NCBI GenBank assembly: GCA_033763455.1
Contig: JANRKO010000087.1
Location: 1-62,522, forward strand
Source: Polyangiaceae bacterium
GTDB taxonomy: Bacteria; Myxococcota_A; Polyangia; Polyangiales; Polyangiaceae
DNA length: 62,522 bases
Direction: 5' to 3'
Positions 10,037 to 25,032 of the stretch are shown piece after piece. Numbering within the stretch: position 1 is the first letter of the stretch; each line of letters opens with the position of its first letter. Under the pieces are notes generated by a model. The model did no database searches, was not told where the DNA came from, and saw only the letters and a program-made list of their open reading frames with translations. Position numbers and translations under genes: made by a program.

Positions 10037-12322
10037 CTACTGGAGTGCGAAATCGTGCGATACAGTCACAGATTCTCCACGAAAGGGTCGAACTTTAGCC
10101 TGTCGAAAGATGTCTATTACGCAGAGCCCGGCGTCTGAAGCGGCGTATTGCCCTGCGATAGACGCGGCTGTGGTTTCCCCACTCGGGCCGAACGTAACCC
10201 GAACTTGGCCTTTGCCAGGCGGTTCGGCACCGCGACACTTCTGGATCCCGTTGGAGAGCCGGGCGAGCTCACTTTGAGCTTTGGCTTCATCGAATTCAGC
10301 GGCCGCTTTCTCTTTGCTCGCGTCTACCTTGTCCGCTTGAGTAGGCACTTCGCCAGCTTCTTTGGCGGGAGTGGCGGGTGCAGGAGGCGCGGTTGTTGCG
10401 GCTTGGGCGGTGGCGCTCCCAGTTGCGGAGGAAGGCGGTTCGGTGGGGCTACTTGTGGGAATAGCCGCCTGTGCCGGTTCTGGCGGGGCTGAAGTTGGCG
10501 CTGCCTCGGGGGCGGGAGGGGCGACCGGTGCTGGTGGAGCGCCGCCGCCAAGCGCTTGCCGAATCGGCATGGGCAAGGTCTGATCTAAGAACGTAAACGC
10601 TCCTGGCGGGGTCTGCGTCTTATAGATAACGACAACAGCGCCGATGGCGGCGGTAACTAGAAGCCCAAGTACCATCGGTAACTTGCTGCTGCGCCGCTCA
10701 GTGGGCACTTCTGGCGCAGGCGCGAGGCTCGCTCGGGCCGCGCTCGTCGAGCGCTTGGGGACTGGGGAGTCAGATGGGCTGGCGGTTGCAGCTCCGGCGG
10801 TGCTCGATTTCTGAGGGGTCGACGGTGCCAAATCACCAGCTGGCGTGGGCACTGCCGCGCTGACGGAGTTAGCCGACTGCGGCAGGGGTGAGGGGCGCGT
10901 TGGCGCCGTTTGGGACGGAGGCCGGGGCGCATCGGAGTCGATCATTTCGGACTCAGCAAACGAGGCGCCGAGTGCCATGGAAATCTCTTCGTCGAGGCGC
11001 GTCTGAGGCTGCTGCGAGGTTGGGCGGTCGCTGCCGGCTGTCCAGGAGCCTGGCTCCTTCCAAACTCCTTCGTGAGCACCAGCGTTTTGGGGAGTAGTGA
11101 GAGGTTCGCTCGCTGGTTCCAGCTCCGCTTTGGCGTCCCCCTTGTTGGGTGGCTCTCCTCCAGCAAACCTATTTTGAGTTACCGGCTCAGACTCTGGCGG
11201 TGGCCTTGTGGAGGCTCGCCCCATCAAGGATTTACGCAAGGCCGGCAGATTGCGTAACGCCACCCAATCCGTCATGCCTTCCTGCCAAACCAGGTTCTCG
11301 TCCGAAATTTTCCCCGACGCAAACAAGTCTTGGAGGTCAGTGACGCTTGCTTCGCGCTGCGTGCCATCCAAAAATGCGACGGTCCAGACCTGAGTGGCGG
11401 GGGCCTTGGCGCTTGGATCGGGGCCAACCAATGGAGGCTCTTGGCGAATGGGGCTTGTGATGGGCGGGGGCTCGAACTTTGGGGCCTGGGCTCCGCCGAG
11501 AAGCGTTTGATTGGCTCCTCGCACCGCTGCAAGGCCGATTGCTGGCTTGCCCTTGGGGCCCTCGGGGGAGGCCGGTGGGGCGGATGCTACGTTGAGCGAG
11601 GGAGCATTCGCTTTGGCAACGTCTGGGCTGTGGCTGCCAGGCGCTGGCCCAGCCAAGCCGACCATGGTCATCTTATGGATGGGCTTGGCTGCGGGCTTGG
11701 CCGCGGTAGGTTGGGCCGGTCCAGTGGCTACTGCGCTCCCGAGAGCACTTGCGCTGGCCGCACCTGCAACGGCTGAGGGGGCAGGCGCCGGTTTGTTGGT
11801 GACCTGAGGAGCCGCATCGCTTGGGCGTTGGTCGGTGCTCATCGAGCGCGGCACCGACACCGTCTTGGGCTGGATCTTTGCAATGGGCGTCGCGCGAGGT
11901 GAAGTGAGCGTTCCTGGAGGCGGCGATTGGCGTGAACCTAAATTGGCGGCGGAGCCAGTGTCCGCTTTTTCATGCGCATTTGCGCCGGCTCCGCTCGCAT
12001 CGGCTTTCTCCGCGATGGCATCAGGGGGAGCCGCAGGCTTCTCGGATGCCCCTTGGCCATGAGGTTGGTCGAGCCCGTTGGGTGCAGCTGCACGGAGTGA
12101 CTGTGCCGCGTCCGGGGGCAGGGTAGCGGCAGGGGCGGCAGCACCGGCTGCTTTTGTAGCGCTTGCAGGTGAACCCGAGGGTCGCTCGGAGGCACCCAGG
12201 GTTGTCCCATCGACCAAGATATCGGCGCCGCAGTGCTTGCACTTGATTCGGGCCTTCTTTCCACGAACCTTTTCGTCTGGGACGGCGTACTTGGCTGGGC
12301 AGCTTCCGCAGGTAACGTTCAT
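10037..12322 (-). CDS. MJ0042 zinc-ribbon + GYF_2 membrane protein with a periplasmic TonB-C/AgmX-like C-terminal domain
   Basis: CGSCPAKY...CKHCG zinc finger, LVWQEGMTDW GYF_2 motif, single TM helix, C-terminal IQKC...VRVTFGPSG...CV...PFRG domain. Confidence 0.85.
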   Translation of the reverse strand: MNVTCGSCPAKYAVPDEKVRGKKARIKCKHCGADILVDGTTLGASERPSGSPASATKAAGAAAPAATLPPDAAQSLRAAAPNGLDQPHGQGASEKPAAPPDAIAEKADASGAGANAHEKADTGSAANLGSRQSPPPGTLTSPRATPIAKIQPKTVSVPRSMSTDQRPSDAAPQVTNKPAPAPSAVAGAASASALGSAVATGPAQPTAAKPAAKPIHKMTMVGLAGPAPGSHSPDVAKANAPSLNVASAPPASPEGPKGKPAIGLAAVRGANQTLLGGAQAPKFEPPPITSPIRQEPPLVGPDPSAKAPATQVWTVAFLDGTQREASVTDLQDLFASGKISDENLVWQEGMTDWVALRNLPALRKSLMGRASTRPPPESEPVTQNRFAGGEPPNKGDAKAELEPASEPLTTPQNAGAHEGVWKEPGSWTAGSDRPTSQQPQTRLDEEISMALGASFAESEMIDSDAPRPPSQTAPTRPSPLPQSANSVSAAVPTPAGDLAPSTPQKSSTAGAATASPSDSPVPKRSTSAARASLAPAPEVPTERRSSKLPMVLGLLVTAAIGAVVVIYKTQTPPGAFTFLDQTLPMPIRQALGGGAPPAPVAPPAPEAAPTSAPPEPAQAAIPTSSPTEPPSSATGSATAQAATTAPPAPATPAKEAGEVPTQADKVDASKEKAAAEFDEAKAQSELARLSNGIQKCRGAEPPGKGQVRVTFGPSGETTAASIAGQYAASDAGLCVIDIFRQAKVRPFRGESVTVSHDFALQ

Positions 12323-12562
12323 GTGGGGAGCCGTTCACTTTCTCTTCGGGGCACGATCTTCTCCGATTACCATCCCGCACAATAGAGGAAAGTGCTGTTT
12401 GTCACGAGCGCACAATCTGCCGGTAAAATAGCCGTGTGCGTACGTGGTGGAAGCTTCCCCCAGCAGACGTTCCGCGCCAGGCCACCCCGGGCGAGTCGCG
12501 CCACATGTGACTCGAAACTCCTAAAATCCCGACGAGGTCGGACCAACCGGCCCCGGTTGCGG

Positions 12563-14005
12563 CTAACGGAGCTGGGCGAGCGGAGGGACAGCGAGCTCGG
12601 TGCGACCAAGCAAGTAACGATCGATGGAAGCCGCCGCTTTGCGGCCCTCGGCTATGGCCCAAACCACCAAGGACTGCCCGCGCTTGCAATCGCCGGCCGC
12701 AAAGATCCCTTTTTCGCTGGTCATGAAGTCCTCATCCACCGCGATGTTCCCGCGTGGATCCAACTTCAGCCCGAGATCGGCCACGAGGCCCCGGTGCTCG
12801 GGATGAATGAAACCCATTGCCAGCAATACAAGATCTGCTTTCACCTCGAACTCGGTGCCAGCGATGCGCTCAAGCTTCCCGCCCTTCCACTCAACTCGCA
12901 CGCAATGAAGCTTTTCTACGCGGCCCTCACCGCTCACGCGTTCGGTGGCGATACTGAAGTCGCGCGTGCCGCCTTCTTCATGCGACGTTGATGTGCGCAT
13001 CATGAGCGGCCAAAGGGGCCAAGGCGTTAGGGGAGAGCGGTCCTCGGGGGGACGCGGCATGATTTCGAAGTTGGTGACGCTCTTGGCACCCTGACGGTGA
13101 GACGTGCCGATGCAGTCGCTCCCGGTATCTCCACCGCCGATTACTACGACGTTTTTGCCAGTGGCCAAAATGGCAGCGGCATCCGAGATCGTCTCCCCGG
13201 CAACGCGACGATTTTGCTGCTCGAGAAAGTCCATGGCGAAGTGGACGCCGGGAAGGTCGCTTCCGGGTACTTCCAGCGCGCGAGGAACGCGCGAGCCGAT
13301 GGTGATGCAAACGGCATCAAATTCACGACGCAGCTGGTCAAGGGTGACGTCAACCCCGACATTCACGCTCGTTTTGAAACGTACGCCTTCTTCCTGCATT
13401 TGGGCCACGCGGCGCGAAATGAGATCTTTTTCCATCTTAAAATCGGGGATCCCATACATGAGAAGCCCTCCGATGCGGTCGTCCCGCTCAAAAACGACCA
13501 CGCTGTGCCCCGCGCGAGCGAGCTGCTGGGCGGCAGCGAGCCCGGCGGGTCCGGACCCCACAATCGCTACCTTTTTGCCGGTAACCTGAAGTGGCATTAC
13601 GGGGGTAACGATGCCGGCTTCGAAAGCGCGATCGATAACGGCTCGTTCCACGAGCTTGATGCTCACCGGATCGCTATTGATCCCAAGCACGCAAGCAGCC
13701 TCACAGGGTGCTGGGCATACGCGTCCGGTAAACTCCGGGAAGTTGTTGGTGGCGTGGAGGGCGGTAATCGCGGCTACCGGATCGCTTTGGTACGCGTGAT
13801 CATTCCAGTCCGGAATGAGATTGCCGAGCGGGCAACCTGTGTTGCAGAAGGGCACCCCGCAATCCATGCAGCGAGCGCTCTGCTCCTTTAGATCTTCGTC
13901 CAACACAGGGAGCTCGAACTCGCGAAAATCCAACACGCGTTCGTTGGCAGGGCGTTTTTTGGGCGATTTTCGCCCGTATTCCAGAAATCCGTTCACTTTA
14001 CCCAC
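12563..14005 (-). CDS. gltD: Glutamate synthase small subunit
   Basis: RCMDCGVPFC, NNFPEFTGRVCPAPCE, GSGPAGL, GGGDTGSDC and GQSLVVWAI; GTG start at 14005. Confidence 0.97.
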   Translation of the reverse strand: MGKVNGFLEYGRKSPKKRPANERVLDFREFELPVLDEDLKEQSARCMDCGVPFCNTGCPLGNLIPDWNDHAYQSDPVAAITALHATNNFPEFTGRVCPAPCEAACVLGINSDPVSIKLVERAVIDRAFEAGIVTPVMPLQVTGKKVAIVGSGPAGLAAAQQLARAGHSVVVFERDDRIGGLLMYGIPDFKMEKDLISRRVAQMQEEGVRFKTSVNVGVDVTLDQLRREFDAVCITIGSRVPRALEVPGSDLPGVHFAMDFLEQQNRRVAGETISDAAAILATGKNVVVIGGGDTGSDCIGTSHRQGAKSVTNFEIMPRPPEDRSPLTPWPLWPLMMRTSTSHEEGGTRDFSIATERVSGEGRVEKLHCVRVEWKGGKLERIAGTEFEVKADLVLLAMGFIHPEHRGLVADLGLKLDPRGNIAVDEDFMTSEKGIFAAGDCKRGQSLVVWAIAEGRKAAASIDRYLLGRTELAVPPLAQLR

Positions 14006-14018
14006 GAGGCAGTCCTTT

Positions 14019-18587
<4,569 letters not shown>

Positions 18588-18894
18588 GATGACGTCGTCT
18601 TAATGCGGGGTGTTCGGTTTCAGGTTTGCGGCGTTCATACTTCAGGACGTGCGTTTCGGGGGCACATCGTCGATCGTGCTGCTCTTGGTGTGGGCAGCTT
18701 GCGCCCGCCGGGGACTTCTCGCCCGCGCGGCTGTGGGCTCTTCATCTCCAAACGGGGCGGCCTCAGCCGCTTCGGCCTTCTTACTAGCAGGGCATCGCCT
18801 GCGCAACGCCAAGTTTGGACGTTTGGCTGCCAATTCGGGGCCGTTTTCTGCCATGCGGCGGCAGCATTGCGAAGAGCGAGAGGGGGCCTTGGCT

Positions 18895-19278
18895 TTAGCC
18901 CGCGGGCGACTTCGATGGCTCGTCGGCCGTGATATCCGGGGGCCCGATCGTGCAGTTGCCCGAGAACTGAACGCCTTTGTCGATGAAGATCTCAGGCGCG
19001 TGAAGGTTGCCCGTCACTCGCGCCGGAACATACAGCTCGATGGCCTGGTGGGCTCGGACGTTCCCACTGAGGGAGCCTCCCTTGACGATCACGGTGCCAG
19101 CCTCGATCTCAGCTTCGACCTCGGCGCCTTCTCCAAGCACCAGAACGTCAGTGCTCCGGATCTCCCCGCGAAAGCCGCCGTCGATCCTTAGCCGCCCCTC
19201 GAAATGCAGTTTGCCGTGGAAGTGCGTGCCACGACCGAGTAGCGCGGTGATCTCCGTTGCCGGAAGGGTTGGGTCCAT
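18895..19278 (-). CDS. Bactofilin (polymer-forming cytoskeletal protein)
   Basis: LLGRGTHFHGKLHFEGRLRIDG...VTGNL...GVQFSGNC beta-helix repeats. Confidence 0.93.
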   Translation of the reverse strand: MDPTLPATEITALLGRGTHFHGKLHFEGRLRIDGGFRGEIRSTDVLVLGEGAEVEAEIEAGTVIVKGGSLSGNVRAHQAIELYVPARVTGNLHAPEIFIDKGVQFSGNCTIGPPDITADEPSKSPAG

Positions 19279-19491
19279 GAAAGTGCAGGCATCCTACGCA
19301 TGGGTGAGTGGGGAGGCCAAGGGGCGCCTGAAAGCGCCATCCCCGGGGCGCCACCAGCGCTGGAAAACTCTAGCCTGGGGAGCGCCGGCCCGTACGCAGG
19401 GACCTTTCGCTCGCGTGTGAAAGGGACGCGGTGCACGCAAAAGCACATTTGGCATCAGCTGGGGCGGGCATGATGATCTATGATGTGAACC

Positions 19492-20652
19492 TTGCTAAAA
19501 CTTCAAGGCATTGTCGTTTGGGGTGCTTGGCTTACGCTGAGCCTAAGTTCGTTCCATGCCGCGGCCGAGCAAGTTGGCGCGGATGCCGGGGTGTCGAGCG
19601 CCGGGGCGTCGACGGGTGAGGCGCCCAAACCAGAACGAGAAGAAGAGAAGCCATTCTGGGCAGGGTCTTCCATCTCATGGACACAGTCCGCATCCGGGAA
19701 CACGGTCGGCCTGGGTCAGGATTTTCAGAGCAAAAATCCCACCTACGACTGGGCCTTTTCGTTTAGCCCTGTGGCCAGCGTTTACGAGGACAAAACGCTG
19801 AGTGTCGCCTTCAGCGCCGATCTTTCCGCGTTTCGTGAATTCACCAACAGTGATCGAACCACCCGCGAAGGGGAGTGGGAATTCGGCGACGTTGAGGTTG
19901 GTGCCGGCGGCTCGTTGCTCTTGCACAAAGTTGGCCTTTACAAGACCTCCCTGCGGCTCTCTTTGCCCAACGTCACCTTTCCAACGTCCAAGGCGAGCGC
20001 CAACAACGGCAAGGTTCTGGGGCTAGGCACTTCGCTCGGCTTGAGCCAGTCATTCCCGCTGCGTGGCAAGGATGCCGATACCTTTCAAAGCATCTCCTTA
20101 TCCGGCAGCGCCGGGTACTCCCATACAATCACTGAAGCTGTTGTGCCAACGAACGACGGCATTTCGCGTATTCGGTTAACGCCTGGTGGCCAAGCGCTTC
20201 CGAGCGATCAACTAGGAGCTGCTGCTTTTGCTAAGCACCGCGCCTCCTTTACGGTATCCGTCGGCACATCGCTCACTGAACGCGTGAGTTTTGACGCGGG
20301 CTTCACCTGGAGCCCTGTTTGGAAGTACGAGTTCGACAACAGCGTACAGGTGTGTTCTTTGAGCACCGGTTGCGTCACCCCGGATCGCGTTTCAAACCCG
20401 CAGACCGTTAACGTTATCGCCGGGTTTACTGCGGGAGTAGGGGTGCAGGTGTTTGACGCCATGAGCCTCGCGCTGGGCTATTCCAACGTCACGCTTCAGC
20501 TCGGCCCCGATGGTCAGCGCCGCTTGCCCTTCTACAGCCCCGCCGCACGCATTTCGTTAAGTGTCGCGAGTTCGCTCGATGAGCTCTATAAGTTAGCGCG
20601 TGGCGGCGAAAAAAGCTCCAGGTCGCCGCACGCTCAAGTTGCTAGTCGCTGA
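19492..20652 (+). CDS. Putative outer-membrane beta-barrel protein
   Basis: Signal peptide followed by alternating amphipathic beta-strands rich in aromatic, Gly and Ser residues. Confidence 0.7.
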   Translation: MLKLQGIVVWGAWLTLSLSSFHAAAEQVGADAGVSSAGASTGEAPKPEREEEKPFWAGSSISWTQSASGNTVGLGQDFQSKNPTYDWAFSFSPVASVYEDKTLSVAFSADLSAFREFTNSDRTTREGEWEFGDVEVGAGGSLLLHKVGLYKTSLRLSLPNVTFPTSKASANNGKVLGLGTSLGLSQSFPLRGKDADTFQSISLSGSAGYSHTITEAVVPTNDGISRIRLTPGGQALPSDQLGAAAFAKHRASFTVSVGTSLTERVSFDAGFTWSPVWKYEFDNSVQVCSLSTGCVTPDRVSNPQTVNVIAGFTAGVGVQVFDAMSLALGYSNVTLQLGPDGQRRLPFYSPAARISLSVASSLDELYKLARGGEKSSRSPHAQVASR

Positions 20653-20719
20653 GCGATCCCCGGCCTCCGGCTAGGCCGTGTGTGGCGTGAAGGTACGTTC
20701 GCGCGCTATGCTGCCGAGG

Positions 20720-21466
20720 ATGTCCTTGCGACGATCATGGAAGATGTGGGCTTCGCCTGGGTGCTTGGCCGGAGTCTGCCTGGGGCTAATGGGCAGCTTC
20801 TCGGCAATGGCAACTGCAGAGGACAAACCCCGAGCACCCTCCGCCAGTGCACCGGAAAGCGTGCCGACGGGTAAGGGCACTGTTCGAGATGGTGGGTCTG
20901 CTGCCAAGGTCGATGCAGGCAAGGGCGAGGAACCTGTGAAGGCGCCCAAAGGGCCTACCGGGGGGTACAGTTGGTCAGAGAAGCCCGCTCCAAAGCATAA
21001 GAAGCGTAAAATGAGTGCTCCTCGTGCAGACGCACCTTTGGTGACCTATCCGGGCTTCCAGATGCTTTCGGCGGGGGCGAGTCAGCTCTGGGTGGCCGTG
21101 ACGCGACCCGTGGAGGTGCGCCGCGAACGCAAAGGCCGTGTGCTTACGTTCGTGCTCGAAGGCGCCGATGTTGGGACCGAAAACAACACCAATCCGCTGA
21201 TTACCACTCATTTCGACACTCCGATGGAAAGTGCGCGCCTGGTGCGCAAAAAGGACGGCGCCAGGCTCACGATTTGGTTGCGTGAGAAGGTGGAGCCAAC
21301 TCATCGGATCGTGCCGGGGCCCCGGGGTACTATTCAGCTATTGGTAGACTTTCCGAAGTCCAAAGGTCGGTACCACTCGGATGCGCCCATTTCAGTGGAG
21401 AAGAAGGCTGCGCCATCGGCGTCTAGTGATGGGGCGAGTCGCGAAAAGTCGGGCCCTAGTCCCTGA
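20720..21466 (+). CDS. Exported AMIN-like domain protein
   Basis: Signal peptide, basic/Pro linker, then a beta-rich domain ending LLVDFP; ATG at 20720 lies 7 nt after TATGCT. Confidence 0.65.
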   Translation: MSLRRSWKMWASPGCLAGVCLGLMGSFSAMATAEDKPRAPSASAPESVPTGKGTVRDGGSAAKVDAGKGEEPVKAPKGPTGGYSWSEKPAPKHKKRKMSAPRADAPLVTYPGFQMLSAGASQLWVAVTRPVEVRRERKGRVLTFVLEGADVGTENNTNPLITTHFDTPMESARLVRKKDGARLTIWLREKVEPTHRIVPGPRGTIQLLVDFPKSKGRYHSDAPISVEKKAAPSASSDGASREKSGPSP

Positions 21467-21471
21467 AGCGG

Positions 21472-23352
21472 TTGGGTCCCAGAATGGCGCCCGGGCCCAC
21501 GACGGCTAAAACGCACCTGACCCTGTTGGGTGCATTTCTGGGAGTCGGTTCTCTCCTGATCAGCAAGGCCGCTCGCGCGGATCCTGCACCCGGGCCCGCC
21601 CACTATGATGTGAAGTTTGAGGCGGGGCATTTGGAGCTAGAACCCGAAACGGGGCGCTTACTGCTTTCACAGGGGTTTGCCGTGCGCGTGGCGCGTTACC
21701 GCCTGGTTGGCGACAGTGTATCGCTGGAGAATTCTTCGGGCGGAGTATTGGTGGACGGGAAGGGGCGCCTAGCATTTTGTGCCTGCCCGAGCCCGCCCCT
21801 CACGCTTGGGTTCACGGCGGCCACCGTCGCACCTCCTGGTGATCTGCTGATGCGGAATGCGGTGCTGCGTGTTGGGCCTGTGCCTGTTTTTTGGACGCCA
21901 TACTTGTGGTTGCGTTCGCCTGAGCGTTTCGGGATCCTCCCTCCCGAGCTGGCCTATCGAGCCGAAGAAGGCCTGCTGGTGAGCACAGGCTTTCATGCGC
22001 CGCTCGCAACGGCTGAGGGGGACGCGCAAAATTCCTTTGATCTGCGCGCGGGCCCCTATCTTCGGGGAGGGGGAGTGGGGAAGCTTAGGCTCGCCACCCA
22101 AAATACAAGCACCTATCTGGAAGCGGATTATCAGCAACGTTGGGCTTACTCCGCAGACGTTCGAGGGGTTCAGGAGATCCAATCGGACGCATTGGCGTGG
22201 GATGCGGATTGGCGCGGCGGGGCGCGGGCGCGCCAAAGTGCGGTGCGGTTACTGGATGCGGCAACTCGCTTTGATCACGCTCGTGCGCAGGTGTCCACGG
22301 TAGGGCCACTTGGCGGCGTGGGTTTTGGACCGGTACTTGTGGAGGCGCGTGGCGAGGCGGTGTCTACGCTGCTGGCTGGGGCAGCGACAACGTTTTGGAT
22401 GCAGAAGGACGTGGCGCCCTTCGCTCGCTTCCAAACATTGGGCGAGCTCACTGAGTTTCAGGGAGCCCGAGAGTCCTCACTTGCCTTCGCTCATTCTGGT
22501 ACAAGCCTTGAAGCGGATGGACACGTTGAGGGCTTGGGGGTGCACGCCGAAGTCGCTCACGACCTTAGCTACTTCGGTGAGTCCGGAGCCGGGCTTTTGG
22601 TCAATCAACCAGGGGTAGCGCTGCGTTTGTTGGTTCCCTCGGTTCGCAGTTGGGAGAACACCGCTGACCCCATCGTGCATTTTGTCGAACCGAATCTACT
22701 GGTGGCGGCATCTCACTCGATCCGAGCAGGAAGCGTTGGGGCAGGGGCTTTCCAACAATTTGAGCAACCGGTCGGTCTGGACGGCTCAACCTTCGTTGCG
22801 GCGACTGGCTTACGGAACGCGCTCGGCCGCTGGGGTGCGCGGCGATCGGCTGAGCTGAGCCTTGCTTCGGGGTGGGTGAGCGCGCGCGGAAAACCTACAC
22901 TAGCTCACCTTGGACGCGCCCAGATCGATATGGGCGCCGTCACTGGTTCTTCATCATTGGCACTAAGCTCCCAGTCCACAACCATGCTCGGCAGCGTGGC
23001 AGTAGGTGGTGCCGGGCAGCCCAGATTGTTCGTGCGGCTTGCCTCTAACTATGGGAATTCGCCAGAATTAGCTGGGAACCTTGAAGTTTGGAATAAGGCC
23101 GAACAGTCAGCCTTGGGTTGGCTCCAGAGTCGCGGTGATTCACTGGGTGGCGAATTGAACCTTCCGTTTTCACGCGCCATGGCTGTTTCTGTGGGTAGCG
23201 ATTGGGACGCTCGGGAAGCTCGAATGCTCGCCATGACCAGCACCGCCGCGTACCGGCACCCCTGTGGGTGTTTGGCGCTCACAGGTGGAGCCGGAGCGCG
23301 AAGCGGGCGACACGGTCTTGACGCTTGGGTGAACGTCGACCTTTTTCCGTAG
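21472..23352 (+). CDS. Divergent LptD-like outer-membrane protein
   Basis: FCAC...NAVLRVGPVPVFWTPYL...RFGILPP resembles the LptD N-domain; C-terminal YRHPCGC barrel end. The start may be the ATG at 21484. Confidence 0.65.
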   Translation: MGPRMAPGPTTAKTHLTLLGAFLGVGSLLISKAARADPAPGPAHYDVKFEAGHLELEPETGRLLLSQGFAVRVARYRLVGDSVSLENSSGGVLVDGKGRLAFCACPSPPLTLGFTAATVAPPGDLLMRNAVLRVGPVPVFWTPYLWLRSPERFGILPPELAYRAEEGLLVSTGFHAPLATAEGDAQNSFDLRAGPYLRGGGVGKLRLATQNTSTYLEADYQQRWAYSADVRGVQEIQSDALAWDADWRGGARARQSAVRLLDAATRFDHARAQVSTVGPLGGVGFGPVLVEARGEAVSTLLAGAATTFWMQKDVAPFARFQTLGELTEFQGARESSLAFAHSGTSLEADGHVEGLGVHAEVAHDLSYFGESGAGLLVNQPGVALRLLVPSVRSWENTADPIVHFVEPNLLVAASHSIRAGSVGAGAFQQFEQPVGLDGSTFVAATGLRNALGRWGARRSAELSLASGWVSARGKPTLAHLGRAQIDMGAVTGSSSLALSSQSTTMLGSVAVGGAGQPRLFVRLASNYGNSPELAGNLEVWNKAEQSALGWLQSRGDSLGGELNLPFSRAMAVSVGSDWDAREARMLAMTSTAAYRHPCGCLALTGGAGARSGRHGLDAWVNVDLFP

Positions 23353-23528
23353 CTAGAAACACGGCTGAACATCAGAGAAGCGTCGCTTAATTGAGATAGA
23401 TCACTTATTCTGAAAGTTGTGCTTGAGCCCGTATGTTCCCAGCTCACCCCAAGCACGGGGTGTTGGTCTGAATGCTCCACTTGGAAGGGAGCCCTGAAGT
23501 GACCGGTCGCACATCTTTGTCCGGTGAA

Positions 23529-24989
23529 ATGCGCGCCGTGGTGCTGCAAGAGCAACCGCCCCGGGTACTTGTTGTCGACGACGAACCTGCGTTGCGGCGC
23601 AGCCTGGCGCGACTCCTGATGAGCCGAGGCATGCAGGTGCTCACGGCAGGGGACGGAGAAATTGCGCTCGAAGTGCTCAACACCGAGGCGATCGACGTGG
23701 CGCTCGTAGACTTGATGTTGCCGAAGCTCGGGGGCCTCGATGTGCTTAAGCATATTAAGAGCGGTCGCCGTGATGTGGAGGTCATCATGATGACTGCCTT
23801 TGCTGACGTTGATACGGCCGTAAGCGCAGTGCGCGCTGGCGCTTACCATTTCCTAACCAAGCCTTTTCGATCCAACGATGAGGTGGTGCTCACCGTTAGC
23901 AAAGCGGCTGAACATCGCAGGCTGCTCGATCACACCGCCATGCTGCAGCGACGGATCGAGCAGATGGAGAAGTTCGGGGGTTTGATCGGAAATTCGGAGG
24001 GTATGCGCGAGGTCTATCGACTTGCGCTCGGCGTGGCACCCACCGGATCTACGGTGCTTATTTTAGGTGAAAGCGGCACAGGTAAAGAGCTTACGGCCCG
24101 AGCTATCCATCAGCACTCATCCCGCAGCGCCAACCCATTTGTTGCCGTAAATTGCTCTGCAATCCCCGAGAATTTGATCGAAAGTGAGCTCTTCGGTCAC
24201 GTTCGCGGAGCTTTCACGGGCGCCACGGCGACGCGTCCGGGCTTGTTCGAAGCGGCCGATCGGGGAACCATCTTCTTGGATGAGGTGGGCGATTTACCTC
24301 CGCTTGCTCAGGTAAAGCTACTTCGAACTCTCCAAGAAGGGGAAATCAAACGCGTAGGGTCGAACGACACACGCTTAGTAGACGTGCGTGTGGTAGCAGC
24401 TACCAATGTGGATCTTCGCCAGCGCATTCAAGAGGGGAAGTTCCGAGAGGACCTCTATTATCGGTTGAATGTCGTGCCAATCGTGCTTCCGCCGTTGCGG
24501 GAACGTTTGGAGGATATTCCGCTACTCGCCTACCATTTCCTGCAGAAGTACGGCAGCCGCTCCGAATCGCCCGTCCGCAAGATCTCCCCGGATGCTATGC
24601 GCCTCCTTCAACGTCAGGCCTGGCCCGGCAACGTGAGGGAACTGGAGAATGCGATTGAGCGCGCCGTGGTGTTCTGCCGAACAGACAGTATTGTCGCGGC
24701 GGATTTGCCATTCTCCCGCAGGGAAGACCCCGTGGTTGAAGCATTTGGTGAGGTGGAGGCGAGGTCGCAGATCACTGCCGTACAGGCTGACCTCTCCGGC
24801 CTGGCGGATCTCCCGTATACCGAAGCCAAGCGCCGGGCCGTGGGGGCCTTTGAATCGAGTTATTTCCGCACGCTCCTGGAGCGAGCTGGGGGCAATGTAT
24901 CGGAGGCGGCCCGCCAAGCTGGCCTCGATCGCTCTAACTTCCGTCGCGCCACCAAGCGCGTTGGGATCCGAACCGTCGACGAGCCTTAA
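23529..24989 (+). CDS. Sigma-54-dependent response regulator (NtrC family)
   Basis: Receiver domain (VDDE, D-LMLP, KPF), GESGTGKE, intact GAFTGA, FLDEVG, WPGNVRELEN and a Fis-type HTH. Confidence 0.97.
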   Translation: MRAVVLQEQPPRVLVVDDEPALRRSLARLLMSRGMQVLTAGDGEIALEVLNTEAIDVALVDLMLPKLGGLDVLKHIKSGRRDVEVIMMTAFADVDTAVSAVRAGAYHFLTKPFRSNDEVVLTVSKAAEHRRLLDHTAMLQRRIEQMEKFGGLIGNSEGMREVYRLALGVAPTGSTVLILGESGTGKELTARAIHQHSSRSANPFVAVNCSAIPENLIESELFGHVRGAFTGATATRPGLFEAADRGTIFLDEVGDLPPLAQVKLLRTLQEGEIKRVGSNDTRLVDVRVVAATNVDLRQRIQEGKFREDLYYRLNVVPIVLPPLRERLEDIPLLAYHFLQKYGSRSESPVRKISPDAMRLLQRQAWPGNVRELENAIERAVVFCRTDSIVAADLPFSRREDPVVEAFGEVEARSQITAVQADLSGLADLPYTEAKRRAVGAFESSYFRTLLERAGGNVSEAARQAGLDRSNFRRATKRVGIRTVDEP

Positions 24990-25032
24990 CACCTTTCGGA
25001 GCGCCTGCGGAGTTTGCTAGCGTCGGCCGCGA

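Noticed and set aside
18642..18854. 70-aa ORF upstream of gltB
   Set aside because: No SD or motif, and it overlaps the likely promoter region; treated as non-coding.
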